Source of the DNA: Dehalococcoidia bacterium
GTDB taxonomy: Bacteria; Chloroflexota; Dehalococcoidia; SHYB01
Direction: 5' to 3'
Length of the DNA: 64,000 bases
Assembly (NCBI GenBank): GCA_964291475.2
Contig: OZ220075.1
Span: 118,312 to 182,311, forward strand
A program made the position numbers and the translations under genes. The first letter of the stretch is position 1. Every line of letters starts with the position of its first letter. Below, piece after piece: positions 1 to 8,805 of the stretch. The notes under the pieces are model-generated. The model made no database searches. It was not told the DNA's origin and was given only the letters and a program-made list of their open reading frames with translations.

Positions 1-347
1 GTTCATCGATGCTCGAGGTCCTCCGCCAGGACTACATGCGGACGGCTCATGCCAAGGGCCTTGCCCCTCGTATGGCGGTCGTGCGGCACGGGCTCCGCAA
101 CGCGCTCCTCCCGGTGGTAACCCTAGCGGGGCTGCAGCTGGCCAACCTGTTGGCGGGATCCGTCATCGCGGAAACCATCTTTGTGCTTCCGGGGGTTGGC
201 TCACAGCTGCTCAATGGGATACGGGACAGAGACTGGGTAGTCGTGCAGACAATCGTCTTCCTCATCGCGGCGGGAGTCTTGCTGCTCAACCTGGCCCTCG
301 ATTTGATCTACGGGTTCCTCGATCCGAGGATTCGATACCAATCATGA
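1..347 (+). CDS. ABC transporter permease, DppB/OppB-type (3' fragment; start lies upstream of window)
   Basis: The frame is open to the window edge. RTAHAKGL...RHGLRNALLPV and C-terminal LDPRIRY match the conserved C-terminal half of peptide/nickel-family permeases. Paralogous to 9740..10723 and 21531..22490. Confidence 0.85.
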   Translation, partial: SSMLEVLRQDYMRTAHAKGLAPRMAVVRHGLRNALLPVVTLAGLQLANLLAGSVIAETIFVLPGVGSQLLNGIRDRDWVVVQTIVFLIAAGVLLLNLALDLIYGFLDPRIRYQS

Positions 348-364
348 AGACGCGGGTAACGTAG

Positions 365-1297
365 ATGCGTTGGCAGGGCTCCATGGTCGAGAAGATCCCG
401 CCGGCCCTCGGCTGGACTAGCCGCGCCATCCCCTATTGCGGAGCCAGGGCCTGGTGGCTGGCGAAGGCGAAACCGCTGGGCGCGGTCGGCGCCTTCGTCG
501 TCTTCGCGTTGATCGTAATAGCCATCTTCGAGTCCCAGATCGCCACGCACCCACCGGTACAAACCAACGTCGCCCTGAGACTGGAGTCGCCCAACTCTAC
601 GTTTCTGCTCGGGACCGACGAGGTCGGGCGTGATCAGTTCAGCCGGCTAGTCCACGCTACCCGGCCTGCCCTCTTCGTCGCGTTCGGCTCCGTCGTGGCG
701 GGAGTCGTCTTGGGAGGCCTCGTGGGTCTGGCGAGCGGGTTCTGGGGCGGGCCCTTCGACCTCACCGTGCAACGCTTCATGGACGGCGTGATGGCTATGC
801 CTGCGCTGATCATGGCGCTCGCGCTGGTTGCCTCTCTCGGTCCTAGCAACCTGAACGTCGCGATCGCTATTGGGTTCATCAACGTTCCGTACGCGAATCG
901 CTTGGTTCGTGCAACCGTGCTCAGCCTCAAAGAGGAAGTCTATGTCGAGGCGGCGAGGGCAATTGGGGCCTCCGACTTGCGCATCATGGGTAGGCATATC
1001 ACGCCCAACACGATGGCCCCGGTGCTCGTCTTGATGACAAATCAGTTCGCATCCGCGCTAGTCATCGCAGCCTCGTTGAGCTTCTTGGGCGTCGGCGCCC
1101 CACCCCCGGCTCCTTCGTGGGGCGGCATGCTCAACGTCGGGGTGACCCAGTTCGCCACGCTAGCACCGTGGTTGGGGGTCTCTACCGGTGTCATCATCTT
1201 CGTGACGATCTTGAGCTTCATCATGGTTGGCGACGCAATGCGGGACCTTCTTGATCCCCGCCTCCGTGGGGCCGGGATTGGCCCCGCGGCAACGTGA
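365..1297 (+). CDS. ABC transporter permease, DppC/OppC-type
   Basis: 310-aa ORF 17 nt after the preceding permease. It has the N-terminal LGTDEVGRDQFSR motif, several hydrophobic spans and C-terminal GDAMRDLLDPR. Paralogs at 8806..9726 and 20625..21518. Confidence 0.85.
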   Translation: MRWQGSMVEKIPPALGWTSRAIPYCGARAWWLAKAKPLGAVGAFVVFALIVIAIFESQIATHPPVQTNVALRLESPNSTFLLGTDEVGRDQFSRLVHATRPALFVAFGSVVAGVVLGGLVGLASGFWGGPFDLTVQRFMDGVMAMPALIMALALVASLGPSNLNVAIAIGFINVPYANRLVRATVLSLKEEVYVEAARAIGASDLRIMGRHITPNTMAPVLVLMTNQFASALVIAASLSFLGVGAPPPAPSWGGMLNVGVTQFATLAPWLGVSTGVIIFVTILSFIMVGDAMRDLLDPRLRGAGIGPAAT

Positions 1298-1332
1298 TCG
1301 CCGTCTTCGATGCTGCGTAGGAAAGAAGGTAC

Positions 1333-2499
1333 ATGAGCGCACAGGCTGGAACTGCACCAACCGGAACACTCGTAGAGCGTTGTCCGCTTGTCTCGTCGGA
1401 TTCCCACATCCTCGAGACGGGGGAGATGTGGCCGATGCGGGTGGACAAGGCGTTCCGAGACCGCGCGCCGAGAGTGGTCCGCGTCGGCGAGTATGACGAG
1501 TGGCATGCCGATGGGGTCAGAATCCACAGCGTTCGAGCCACCGGATATCAGGCCGGAGTCAGGTTCACCAACCCGCAGGAGCTGTCGCTCGACGGCCGCA
1601 TCGAGGACATCCGTCCCGGCGCGCTCGACCCTCATCCGCACGTGCAGGACATGGACATCGACGGGGTGGCCGCCGCAATCCTCTACCCCACCGTCGGTCT
1701 GCAGCTCTACCGTATCGCAGACACGGACCTCTGCTCGGCGTGCATGCGCGCGTATAACGACCACGTGGCCGACTTCTGCTCCCCCTACCCGGACCGGCTC
1801 AAGGGAATCGCCATGCTCAACGTGGACAGCATGCAGGAATGCGTGAGCGAGCTCGAGCGGGTGGCCAAGATGGGTTTAGCCGGCGCGATGATTCCGGTGC
1901 GCCCCTACGTTCGGTACGACCACGCCAACTACGAGCCCTTGTGGGCGGCGGCGCAGGAACTCGACCTCCCGCTGACCCTCCACGTCGGCACCGAGCGGTG
2001 GCGTCCCGATATTGGGATCCCGGGGGCGCCTCTCGACCCCGTGGTCTTCTCGGCTTCAGCGCAAGACCTGCGCATCTCGCTGGCGGCCCTGATCTTCGGC
2101 GGCGTATTCGAGCGCTTTCCCCGCCTGAAGATCGTCGCGGCGGAGTTTGAAATCTGCTGGGCGCTCTACCTCTTGAATCGAATGGACGATACGTACAAGA
2201 ACCGCGTTGCCGGCCTGAAGGGGCGGCGCTTTAAGGGCGAAGCGATCCCCAGCGACTTCTTCCGCCGCAACGTTCATATCAGCTTCCAAGAGGACGCGAT
2301 GGGAGTCGAGGCGCGCCATCACGTCGGTGTCGACCACCTGATGTGGGGCGCCGACTACCCGCACGCGGAGTCGACGTTCCCGAGGTCCCGCGAGATCGTC
2401 GACGAGATTTTCGAAGGCATCCCCGCCGAGGACAAAACCAAGATCACGCGGGACAATGCCGTGCGGTTGTACGGCTTCTCGATCGACGGAGTCAACTAG
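1333..2499 (+). CDS. amidohydrolase-2 family protein (ACMSD/LigW-like metal-dependent hydrolase/decarboxylase)
   Basis: 388-aa ORF with N-terminal SSDSHILE...W, central HVG and C-terminal WGADYPHAES motifs typical of the amidohydrolase-2 fold. Clear paralog of 2568..3725 and 57037..58131. Confidence 0.8.
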   Translation: MSAQAGTAPTGTLVERCPLVSSDSHILETGEMWPMRVDKAFRDRAPRVVRVGEYDEWHADGVRIHSVRATGYQAGVRFTNPQELSLDGRIEDIRPGALDPHPHVQDMDIDGVAAAILYPTVGLQLYRIADTDLCSACMRAYNDHVADFCSPYPDRLKGIAMLNVDSMQECVSELERVAKMGLAGAMIPVRPYVRYDHANYEPLWAAAQELDLPLTLHVGTERWRPDIGIPGAPLDPVVFSASAQDLRISLAALIFGGVFERFPRLKIVAAEFEICWALYLLNRMDDTYKNRVAGLKGRRFKGEAIPSDFFRRNVHISFQEDAMGVEARHHVGVDHLMWGADYPHAESTFPRSREIVDEIFEGIPAEDKTKITRDNAVRLYGFSIDGVN

Positions 2500-2567
2500 A
2501 GTCCGCGGGCCAGTTGGCTGATTTTCAAAGCGACGCGACGGACGAGTCCAAGGGTGGAGGAAGTTTT

Positions 2568-3725
2568 ATGGAGCAGGATACGCTGCGACTGCTATCCGCC
2601 GACAATCACATCGTCGAGCCGCCGGACCTCTGGACGAGTCGAATCGACGCACAATACCGGGACCGCGCGCCCCGGCTGATCAGCGGCGATACCGCCGATT
2701 GGTACGTCGTCGAAGACAACCGGTCGATAGGATCGCTCGGAACCGCCACCCACGCGGGCGACCGCTACCGGACGGACCGGCCCTATGAGATATCGCTCGA
2801 GGACCGCTGGGAGAACGTGCGCCCAGGCGGATATGACCCCGACGAGGCAGTCAAGGATATGGACCTCGACGGGGTGGAAGGCGCCGTCATCTTTCCTACG
2901 CGGGGCGTGGGCGGCATTTGGCGATTGGAGGATTCAGGTCTCCTCTCCGCGATCTGCCACACCTACAACGACTGGATTGCCGACTTCTGTCGTCCTTACC
3001 CGGATCAGCTCAAGGGAGCCGCCATGATCAACCTGGACGATATCCAGGAGGGCGTGGACGAGCTGCGCCGGGCCCGGGCGCTGGGTCTACAGGCCGCCAT
3101 CATCAGCGTCCATCCCGCACACGGCCGCGGCTATCATCGCGACGAATACGAACCCTTCTGGTCGACCGCGGCCGAATTGGATATGCCCCTCTGCCTGCAC
3201 TCCGGATCGAACCGCTCCGTGCGCGACGGCATCCCCATGTACCACCACGATCCGACCATGGACCCCGACGAGCCGCTGGAACTCGTCTACATCAATGGCG
3301 ACCATTGGATCAAGCGGTCGCTCACGTCCATGATTATGTCGGGCGTATTCGAGCGGCACCCAGACCTAAAGGTCGTCAGCGTCGAGAACCAGGGCGGCTG
3401 GGTGGCGCACTGGCTCTTCCGCATGGACCTGCGCTACAAGGAACGCAAGGGGATCTGGGGCCGGTTCAGCAGCGACATGACGCCAAGCGACTTCTTCCAC
3501 CGGAACATCTCCGTGAGCTTCCAGGACGACTGGACCGCCGTGGCCATGCGGTCGCTGATCGGAGTGGACAACCTGCTCTGGGGCTCGGACTACCCGCATA
3601 CCGAATGTACCTGGCCCGAGTCGCGCCGCGTGATCCGCGAGATATTCGACGGCGTCTCCGATGAGGACCTTGGCAAGATCACCTTTTCCAACACCGCGCG
3701 GGTATTCGGCTTCAGCCTCTCATAG
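2568..3725 (+). CDS. amidohydrolase-2 family protein (paralog)
   Basis: The track ORF starts at 2343 but overlaps the upstream gene. ATG 2568 is preceded by GGTGGAGG and opens with MEQDTLRLLSADNHIVEPPDLW. WGSDYPHTE lies near the C-terminus. Confidence 0.8.
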   Translation: MEQDTLRLLSADNHIVEPPDLWTSRIDAQYRDRAPRLISGDTADWYVVEDNRSIGSLGTATHAGDRYRTDRPYEISLEDRWENVRPGGYDPDEAVKDMDLDGVEGAVIFPTRGVGGIWRLEDSGLLSAICHTYNDWIADFCRPYPDQLKGAAMINLDDIQEGVDELRRARALGLQAAIISVHPAHGRGYHRDEYEPFWSTAAELDMPLCLHSGSNRSVRDGIPMYHHDPTMDPDEPLELVYINGDHWIKRSLTSMIMSGVFERHPDLKVVSVENQGGWVAHWLFRMDLRYKERKGIWGRFSSDMTPSDFFHRNISVSFQDDWTAVAMRSLIGVDNLLWGSDYPHTECTWPESRRVIREIFDGVSDEDLGKITFSNTARVFGFSLS

Positions 3726-3797
3726 CCCTCGCGGCGGCAGGCCGGGCCGGCGGGACCTGCGCAGGCCGGAGCCCTCAAGAACCGCGCCGGCGGGCGC

Positions 3798-4169
3798 TTA
3801 GTACTTGTGCCCGGCGTGCCCCTGCAGGATGTAGATCTGGGTACCGTCCGGGCCGGTGGCGTAGCACGACATCTTCCCGTCGGGGTCGCGCTGTTCCGTG
3901 AATGGCAGGCCCTGGGCCTTCAGCGCCTCGATCACGCCCGGTAGATCGTCGGTGTCCAGTGAGATGTGCTCCAGCCCGTGGGCCTGCTCGGTGGGCGACT
4001 GCGCGTGGAACGTCGTGATCCGTATGCGAACGCCGCACAGATCGACGTCGATCATCCAGTCCTCCTTCCGGCCGGTCTCCTTCGCGCCGAGGCAATCGAC
4101 GTAGAACCGCGCCGCCGCCTCAACGTCCGTTGCCTTGTGGTGGAGGTGGTGAAGGTCGAAGTTAGCCAT
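3798..4169 (-). CDS. VOC/glyoxalase-bleomycin resistance-dioxygenase family protein
   Basis: 123-aa ORF. The HHLHHKATDVEAAARFY start, GLEHISL and small size fit a single-module vicinal-oxygen-chelate protein. Confidence 0.7.
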   Translation of the reverse strand: MANFDLHHLHHKATDVEAAARFYVDCLGAKETGRKEDWMIDVDLCGVRIRITTFHAQSPTEQAHGLEHISLDTDDLPGVIEALKAQGLPFTEQRDPDGKMSCYATGPDGTQIYILQGHAGHKY

Positions 4170-4372
4170 GCGAGGCCTCCATTACCGACTTTGCGTCGTG
4201 GCAATTATAGGTGGACACGTTGGGGGAGGTCGCCCCTGCCCCCTAAACGGCCGAGCGGAGCGCGGCTCGGGCTGATAGGATTCCTGGTATCGGCGTGCCG
4301 CGGTATCCGGTGCAAGCGACAACCCGCCCGAGGCAGCGCCCGTACCGAAGGAACAGGTCGAAGGAGGCCCTA

Positions 4373-4762
4373 GTGGAAAAGCTGCGCCGCGACTATCCCG
4401 GCATCTCACCCTCCGGCCCCAACTACGCCAGAGCGGTGCGGGCCGGCAACCAACTCTTCATCTCCGGCTGCACCGCAATGAAGACCCCCGCCGATGGCGG
4501 ACCGGCCATCGAACAGTTGAAAGTAGTCCTCGACAAGCTGGTCAGGATCGTGGCCGCCGAGGGCGGGACGCCGACGGACATTGTGAAGATCACCACGTTC
4601 GTGACCGACATCGGTGACTGGTGGCCCCTCCCCGACGAGCAGCTCGCGCTCTACGACGAGTATTTCGACGGTCAACACCCGGCGAACTCGCTGGTGGAAG
4701 TCTCCGCGCTCGCCGAGCCCGGCCTGAACCTGGAGATCGAAGCCATCGCCGTGATCGGCTGA
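4373..4762 (+). CDS. RidA/YjgF/TdcF-family (reactive intermediate deaminase-like) protein
   Basis: GTG 4373 lies 6 nt after AAGGAGG. YARAVRAGNQLFISG...TTFVTD...PANSLVEVSAL...LEIEAIA matches the RidA fold signature. The track ORF from 4295 has an Arg-rich, implausible N-terminus. Confidence 0.8.
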   Translation: MEKLRRDYPGISPSGPNYARAVRAGNQLFISGCTAMKTPADGGPAIEQLKVVLDKLVRIVAAEGGTPTDIVKITTFVTDIGDWWPLPDEQLALYDEYFDGQHPANSLVEVSALAEPGLNLEIEAIAVIG

Positions 4763-4790
4763 GCAAGAAGTCGGAAGAGGGAGGCGCTCC

Positions 4791-5312
4791 ATGGCGAAGT
4801 CGTGGGTGGAGCAGTACGAGAAGGAGCCATATCTTCCGATGGACGACGCGGATGTCTGGGCGTTTCTCGAATCACCCTCGGTGCGGACCATGGCCATGGC
4901 CACAGTCGGCAAGGACGGCATGCCCAGCAACAGCATCATCTGGTTCTTCAGCCGCGATCGGAAGGTCTACTTCAAGGCGTACCGGAAGCCGATGCGAAAG
5001 AAGACCCGCGACATCCTCAACTTCCCGTGGGTCTCCTGCACGGTCGACAATCAGATGGACGGATTCGACCAGTTCGGCGTCACTATCCTGGGTAAGGCGC
5101 GGATGATCGAGAGCCAGGACGAAATCGACGAGTTCCAGCGGCACTTCTACGCGAAGTACATGGCGTCGGGAGACGAAGAACGGCACGCCAAGGCCCGCGC
5201 CAAGTTCCGTACCGAGCACGTAAAGGCGGAGCACGCCTTTTTCGAGATCATCCCTGAGAAGATCTTCTCGTGGGACCGCCGAAAGTGGCTCACGCTGCTG
5301 GGCGAAGCGTAA
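4791..5312 (+). CDS. pyridoxamine 5'-phosphate oxidase-like (split-barrel FMN/F420-binding) protein, type c
   Basis: 173-aa ORF. MDDADVWAFLES...MAMATVGKDGMPSNSIIWF is typical of PPOX-class split-barrel proteins. Paralog of 7733..8278. Confidence 0.7.
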   Translation: MAKSWVEQYEKEPYLPMDDADVWAFLESPSVRTMAMATVGKDGMPSNSIIWFFSRDRKVYFKAYRKPMRKKTRDILNFPWVSCTVDNQMDGFDQFGVTILGKARMIESQDEIDEFQRHFYAKYMASGDEERHAKARAKFRTEHVKAEHAFFEIIPEKIFSWDRRKWLTLLGEA

Positions 5313-5326
5313 CCTCGGAAGGCCGG

Positions 5327-7714
5327 CTACGATGCACCCTTGGCGGCGGTGTTCAGACCCAGCAGGCCGGTGAGCACGTCGTCATTGTGCCCGCCGACGG
5401 CCGGCATGCCTCTGAGCGGCGCCGTCTCCCCGGAAAACACGGCAGGAAGACGGGGATGCTCCATGCGACCCCAGGGCTGGGCATGCTCGATCTTGGCGAT
5501 GAATCCGCGGGAGCGGAGGTGCCGGTCGTGGTAGAGCTGCTCCCCGGACTGGACCACGCCTGAGGGCACGCCTGCCTCCTGCAGCAACTCCATGACTTCA
5601 TATGGCATGTAGCCGCTCGTCCACTCGCCGATGCGCTCGTCCAAGGCGTCCTGGTGAAGCCGCCGGGACTCCAACGAGGCGAAGCGGACGTCTGCGGCCC
5701 AGCTCGGGTCTCCGGCTGCGGCGCAAAGGGCAGCCCAATGGGCATCGGTGAAACAGGCGATGACGCACCACTGGTCGTCACCCCGGCAGGGGTAGCAGCC
5801 GTGCGGTGCGGCGGTGAAGTTCCGGTTGCCCATGGGACCGATCTGTACCCCGTTGACCAGGAAGTGGAGCAGTCCCACCCCGGTGTTGGCCGTCGCGGCC
5901 TCCGAGCCGTCCACCTCGACGTGCTGCCCGGCACCGGTCCGCGCTCGGTATTCGAGGGCCGTCATGACCGCGCACGCGGCAGCGGCCGCCGCGTCGAAGT
6001 CCGTGTAGTACACCTTCGCTCTGCACTCTAGGGGTGAGTCGGGATAGCCCCACAGGGCGGCGAGGCCGGAGTCGGACATCATCTCTTGGCCGAAGGCTAC
6101 GTACCTCTTGTACGGGCCGTCCGACCCGAAGCCGGGCATGCCCACCGCGATGATGTCCGGCTTCACCCGCCTCAGGGCTTGGTAGCCGAGGCCGTGACGC
6201 TCGAGGACCCCAGGCGGGGAGTTGTCGATCACCACGTCGCTGAGACGGACCAGCTCCTTCAACACCTCGACTCCCGCGCCGGTCTTGAAGTCCACGGTGA
6301 CACTTCTTTTGCCGCGGTTGAGCTCGCCTACCATGGGCGTCAGCCGCTCCCCGCTGCGTCCTTCGTCTGGGGCGTGCTCAACCTCGACCTTGATGACGTC
6401 GGCGCCGAGGTCGGCGAGGTAGCGGGTGGCCAGGGGGCCCGCCCACATGCGGGTGAAGTCCACCACGCGCACGTCATGCAGCGGGGCGCACTCCGGCGTC
6501 GTGGCCGCCGGCGTCGCCGGCCTGCCCGTAGGCTGTGCCTCCGACGCTGTAAGGACCTCTTCGGTGTGCTGTCCGAGAGACGGCGCCGGACGGTACACCC
6601 GCCAGGGGGTCTTCCCCATCCGGTAGGGCGCTCCGGGGAATCGGAGCGCCCCCAGGCGCGGATGCGCCACCTCGGCGAACCATCCCCGGGCACGGTTCTT
6701 CGGACTCTCCACAACGTCCCGCAGCGTGTTGATCGGGATGGCGGACAGTCCCCGCTCCTGCGCGGCGGCGACGAACTCCTCCAACCCAAACCCGCTGACG
6801 AACTCCTGCATGCCGTCGATGACGAGGTCCTGGTTGGCGTAGCGGAAGTCGCGGTCTTCCCACAGAGGCTCTTTGAGCACCTCGTTCCCCATCCACTGCG
6901 CCAGTACCTGCCAGTGGCGCAGAAAGATCACCGAGACGCTGACCCACCGCCCGTCCTTGCAGCGGTAGTAGCCGCTCGGCGGCGGGGCGTTGGTGATGAG
7001 CCGTCCCGCCCTCCGCACGATTTGGCCGTCGAACGCGTACTTCGCCACGGTGAAGAGCAGATGCCCCACGACTTCCTGAAGGGACACGTCGACGTGGCGC
7101 CCCCAGCCCGTGCTCCGCCGGCCGTTGAGGGCCGCCAGGGTGGCGAAGGCGGCGTGCCGGGAGGCGAGCTGGTAGGCCAGGTCGAAGGGAGCCGCGCACG
7201 GCGGCTTGGCATCGTCGCCTTGGACGTACATCAGCCCGCCCATCGCCTGCGCCACCAGATCCGACCCCGAGAAGTCCCGATAGGGACCAGTAAGACCGAA
7301 CGGGGTGATCGACGTCATCACCAGCGCCGGGTTCGCCCGCGAGAGGTCGCCATAGCCCAAACCCCGTTCATCCAGAACCCCCGCCGGGAAGCTGTCGAGC
7401 ACGACGTCTGCCGTAGCCGCGAGGCGGCGCAGCCGCGTCCGGTCGCCGGCGGAGGCGAGGTCGAGGACAAGGCTGCGCTTGTTGGTGTTGAAGTAGAGGA
7501 AGTAGAGACTGCCTTCAGGTTGCTCGACGCCTTGGGCGAACGGGCCGGTTCCACGGGCGGGGCCTCCGTCCGGGGGCTCAATCTTGACGACGTCCGCGCC
7601 CATGTCGGCGAAGAGCTTGCCGCAGTGTTGGCCCATCGAGCCGCCAAGCTCCAGCACCCGGAGGTGCCCCAAAGCCGACGGCGGCCGGGCTTCAGACGGG
7701 GTCGAAGTCGTCAT
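5327..7714 (-). CDS. tandem-fused double family III CoA-transferase (CaiB/BaiF/Frc-like x2)
   Basis: 795-aa ORF with two complete domains. Domain 1 starts LRVLELGG...FADMGADVVKIEPPDGG. Domain 2 starts VRVVDFTRMWAGP...LADLGADVIKVE and carries VVIDNSPPGVLERHGLGY and TGAGQHVEV. Confidence 0.85.
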   Translation of the reverse strand: MTTSTPSEARPPSALGHLRVLELGGSMGQHCGKLFADMGADVVKIEPPDGGPARGTGPFAQGVEQPEGSLYFLYFNTNKRSLVLDLASAGDRTRLRRLAATADVVLDSFPAGVLDERGLGYGDLSRANPALVMTSITPFGLTGPYRDFSGSDLVAQAMGGLMYVQGDDAKPPCAAPFDLAYQLASRHAAFATLAALNGRRSTGWGRHVDVSLQEVVGHLLFTVAKYAFDGQIVRRAGRLITNAPPPSGYYRCKDGRWVSVSVIFLRHWQVLAQWMGNEVLKEPLWEDRDFRYANQDLVIDGMQEFVSGFGLEEFVAAAQERGLSAIPINTLRDVVESPKNRARGWFAEVAHPRLGALRFPGAPYRMGKTPWRVYRPAPSLGQHTEEVLTASEAQPTGRPATPAATTPECAPLHDVRVVDFTRMWAGPLATRYLADLGADVIKVEVEHAPDEGRSGERLTPMVGELNRGKRSVTVDFKTGAGVEVLKELVRLSDVVIDNSPPGVLERHGLGYQALRRVKPDIIAVGMPGFGSDGPYKRYVAFGQEMMSDSGLAALWGYPDSPLECRAKVYYTDFDAAAAAACAVMTALEYRARTGAGQHVEVDGSEAATANTGVGLLHFLVNGVQIGPMGNRNFTAAPHGCYPCRGDDQWCVIACFTDAHWAALCAAAGDPSWAADVRFASLESRRLHQDALDERIGEWTSGYMPYEVMELLQEAGVPSGVVQSGEQLYHDRHLRSRGFIAKIEHAQPWGRMEHPRLPAVFSGETAPLRGMPAVGGHNDDVLTGLLGLNTAAKGAS

Positions 7715-7732
7715 GCGTGAGAGACCGGGCCC

Positions 7733-8278
7733 TCACTTGGCGGACTGGCCGGCGGCTTCCAGGACCTGAGGCCGCTTTCGCTTGTCCCAGGACAGGATCT
7801 TTGTCGGGGTTATTTCGACCCAAAGGTGTTCGAGGTCCCGCATGATGTTGGCCCACGAGGACGTCGGCCTTGGGCGAGCACCTTCCGCCTGCGCGGCCTC
7901 GGCTCGCTGCCTGATGTGCGCCTGGACCGCCGCGATGAGGTCCTGATCGTCGACGACCTTCGCCACGCCGGTAATGGCCGCCCCATAGACTTGGTTGCCG
8001 TCGCCGTTGGGCGTGACCGCCGCGGTGAGGCACACGTTCGGGTTCTCCATGATGTTGCGCACCTTCTTCTTCAACGGCTTCGCGAAGCAGTTGAAGTAGA
8101 TCTTGCCTTCATAAATGTAGACCCAGATCGTCGTGCAGTGCGGTATCTGGTCGTTCCCGCAGGTGGCGAGGTAGACGTCCTGCGCCTCGGGTGTCTCGAG
8201 GAACGCCCAGACCTCCTCGTCGGTCATTCTCGGATATTGAAATTTGTAGGTGCCGTAGATGCCCGCATCGGTCGTCAT
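7733..8278 (-). CDS. PPOX-like split-barrel protein, type c
   Basis: Only the last 181 codons of track ORF 7733..9490 look real (start ATG 8278, MTTDAGIYGTYKFQYPRMTDEEVWAFLE...). The upstream part is Arg/Gly-rich antisense of the permease and RidA genes. Paralog of 4791..5312. Confidence 0.75.
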   Translation of the reverse strand: MTTDAGIYGTYKFQYPRMTDEEVWAFLETPEAQDVYLATCGNDQIPHCTTIWVYIYEGKIYFNCFAKPLKKKVRNIMENPNVCLTAAVTPNGDGNQVYGAAITGVAKVVDDQDLIAAVQAHIRQRAEAAQAEGARPRPTSSWANIMRDLEHLWVEITPTKILSWDKRKRPQVLEAAGQSAK

Positions 8279-8322
8279 AGCGTGTTCACTCCTTGTTTGG
8301 GCTGCTAGCCCCCTCTTGGCGG

Positions 8323-8799
8323 TCAGGCGACCTCGGCCACGAGCTCGATTTCGCAGCAGGCCCCGAACGGCAGAGCGGCGACGCCAACCGCCGCCCGGGC
8401 GTGCCGCCCCGACTCGCCAAAAGCCTGGACCAAGAGATCGGAAGCGCCGTTCGCGACCTTGTGCTGCTCGGCGAACTCGGGAGTCGAGTTCACCACGCAG
8501 AACAGCCGAACGATGCGGACCACTCTGTCCAGGCTTCCCAGATGCTGTTTCAGGCTCGCCAATGTGGCCAGGGCCGCGTGGCGCGCCGCGTCGTAACCCT
8601 CTTCTACGGTCAGCTCCGCCCCCAACCTTCCCGGCACCCTGGCTCCCTCCGCGTCTCTGCCGAGGTGTCCCGACACAAATGCCAGATTCCCCGAGACCAC
8701 AACCTCGACGTAGTTGGCGGCGGGTTGAGGCGCCGGCGGCAGGCGTGCGCCGTGGCGTTCGAGTCTGGCCTCGATGGCGGATAGTGTCGCGTCGCTCAT
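8323..8799 (-). CDS. RidA/YjgF-family protein
   Basis: 158-aa ORF. NYVEVVVSGNLAFVSGHL...VRLFCVVNS...ARAAVGVAALPFGACCEIELV fits the RidA-like fold. Confidence 0.75.
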   Translation of the reverse strand: MSDATLSAIEARLERHGARLPPAPQPAANYVEVVVSGNLAFVSGHLGRDAEGARVPGRLGAELTVEEGYDAARHAALATLASLKQHLGSLDRVVRIVRLFCVVNSTPEFAEQHKVANGASDLLVQAFGESGRHARAAVGVAALPFGACCEIELVAEVA

Positions 8800-8805
8800 G
8801 GCCCG

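Noticed and set aside
6086-7720. Long ORFs antisense to real genes: 6086..7720(+), 11283..12620(+), 33780..35279(-), 45901..47346(+), 48639..51179(-), 55615..57459(+), 59215..60342(-), 60430..61779(-), and many shorter ones.
   Set aside because: Their translations are Arg/Gly/Ala/Pro-rich low-complexity strings with no recognisable motifs. They lie opposite ORFs with clear family signatures. Open antisense frames are expected in high-G+C DNA.
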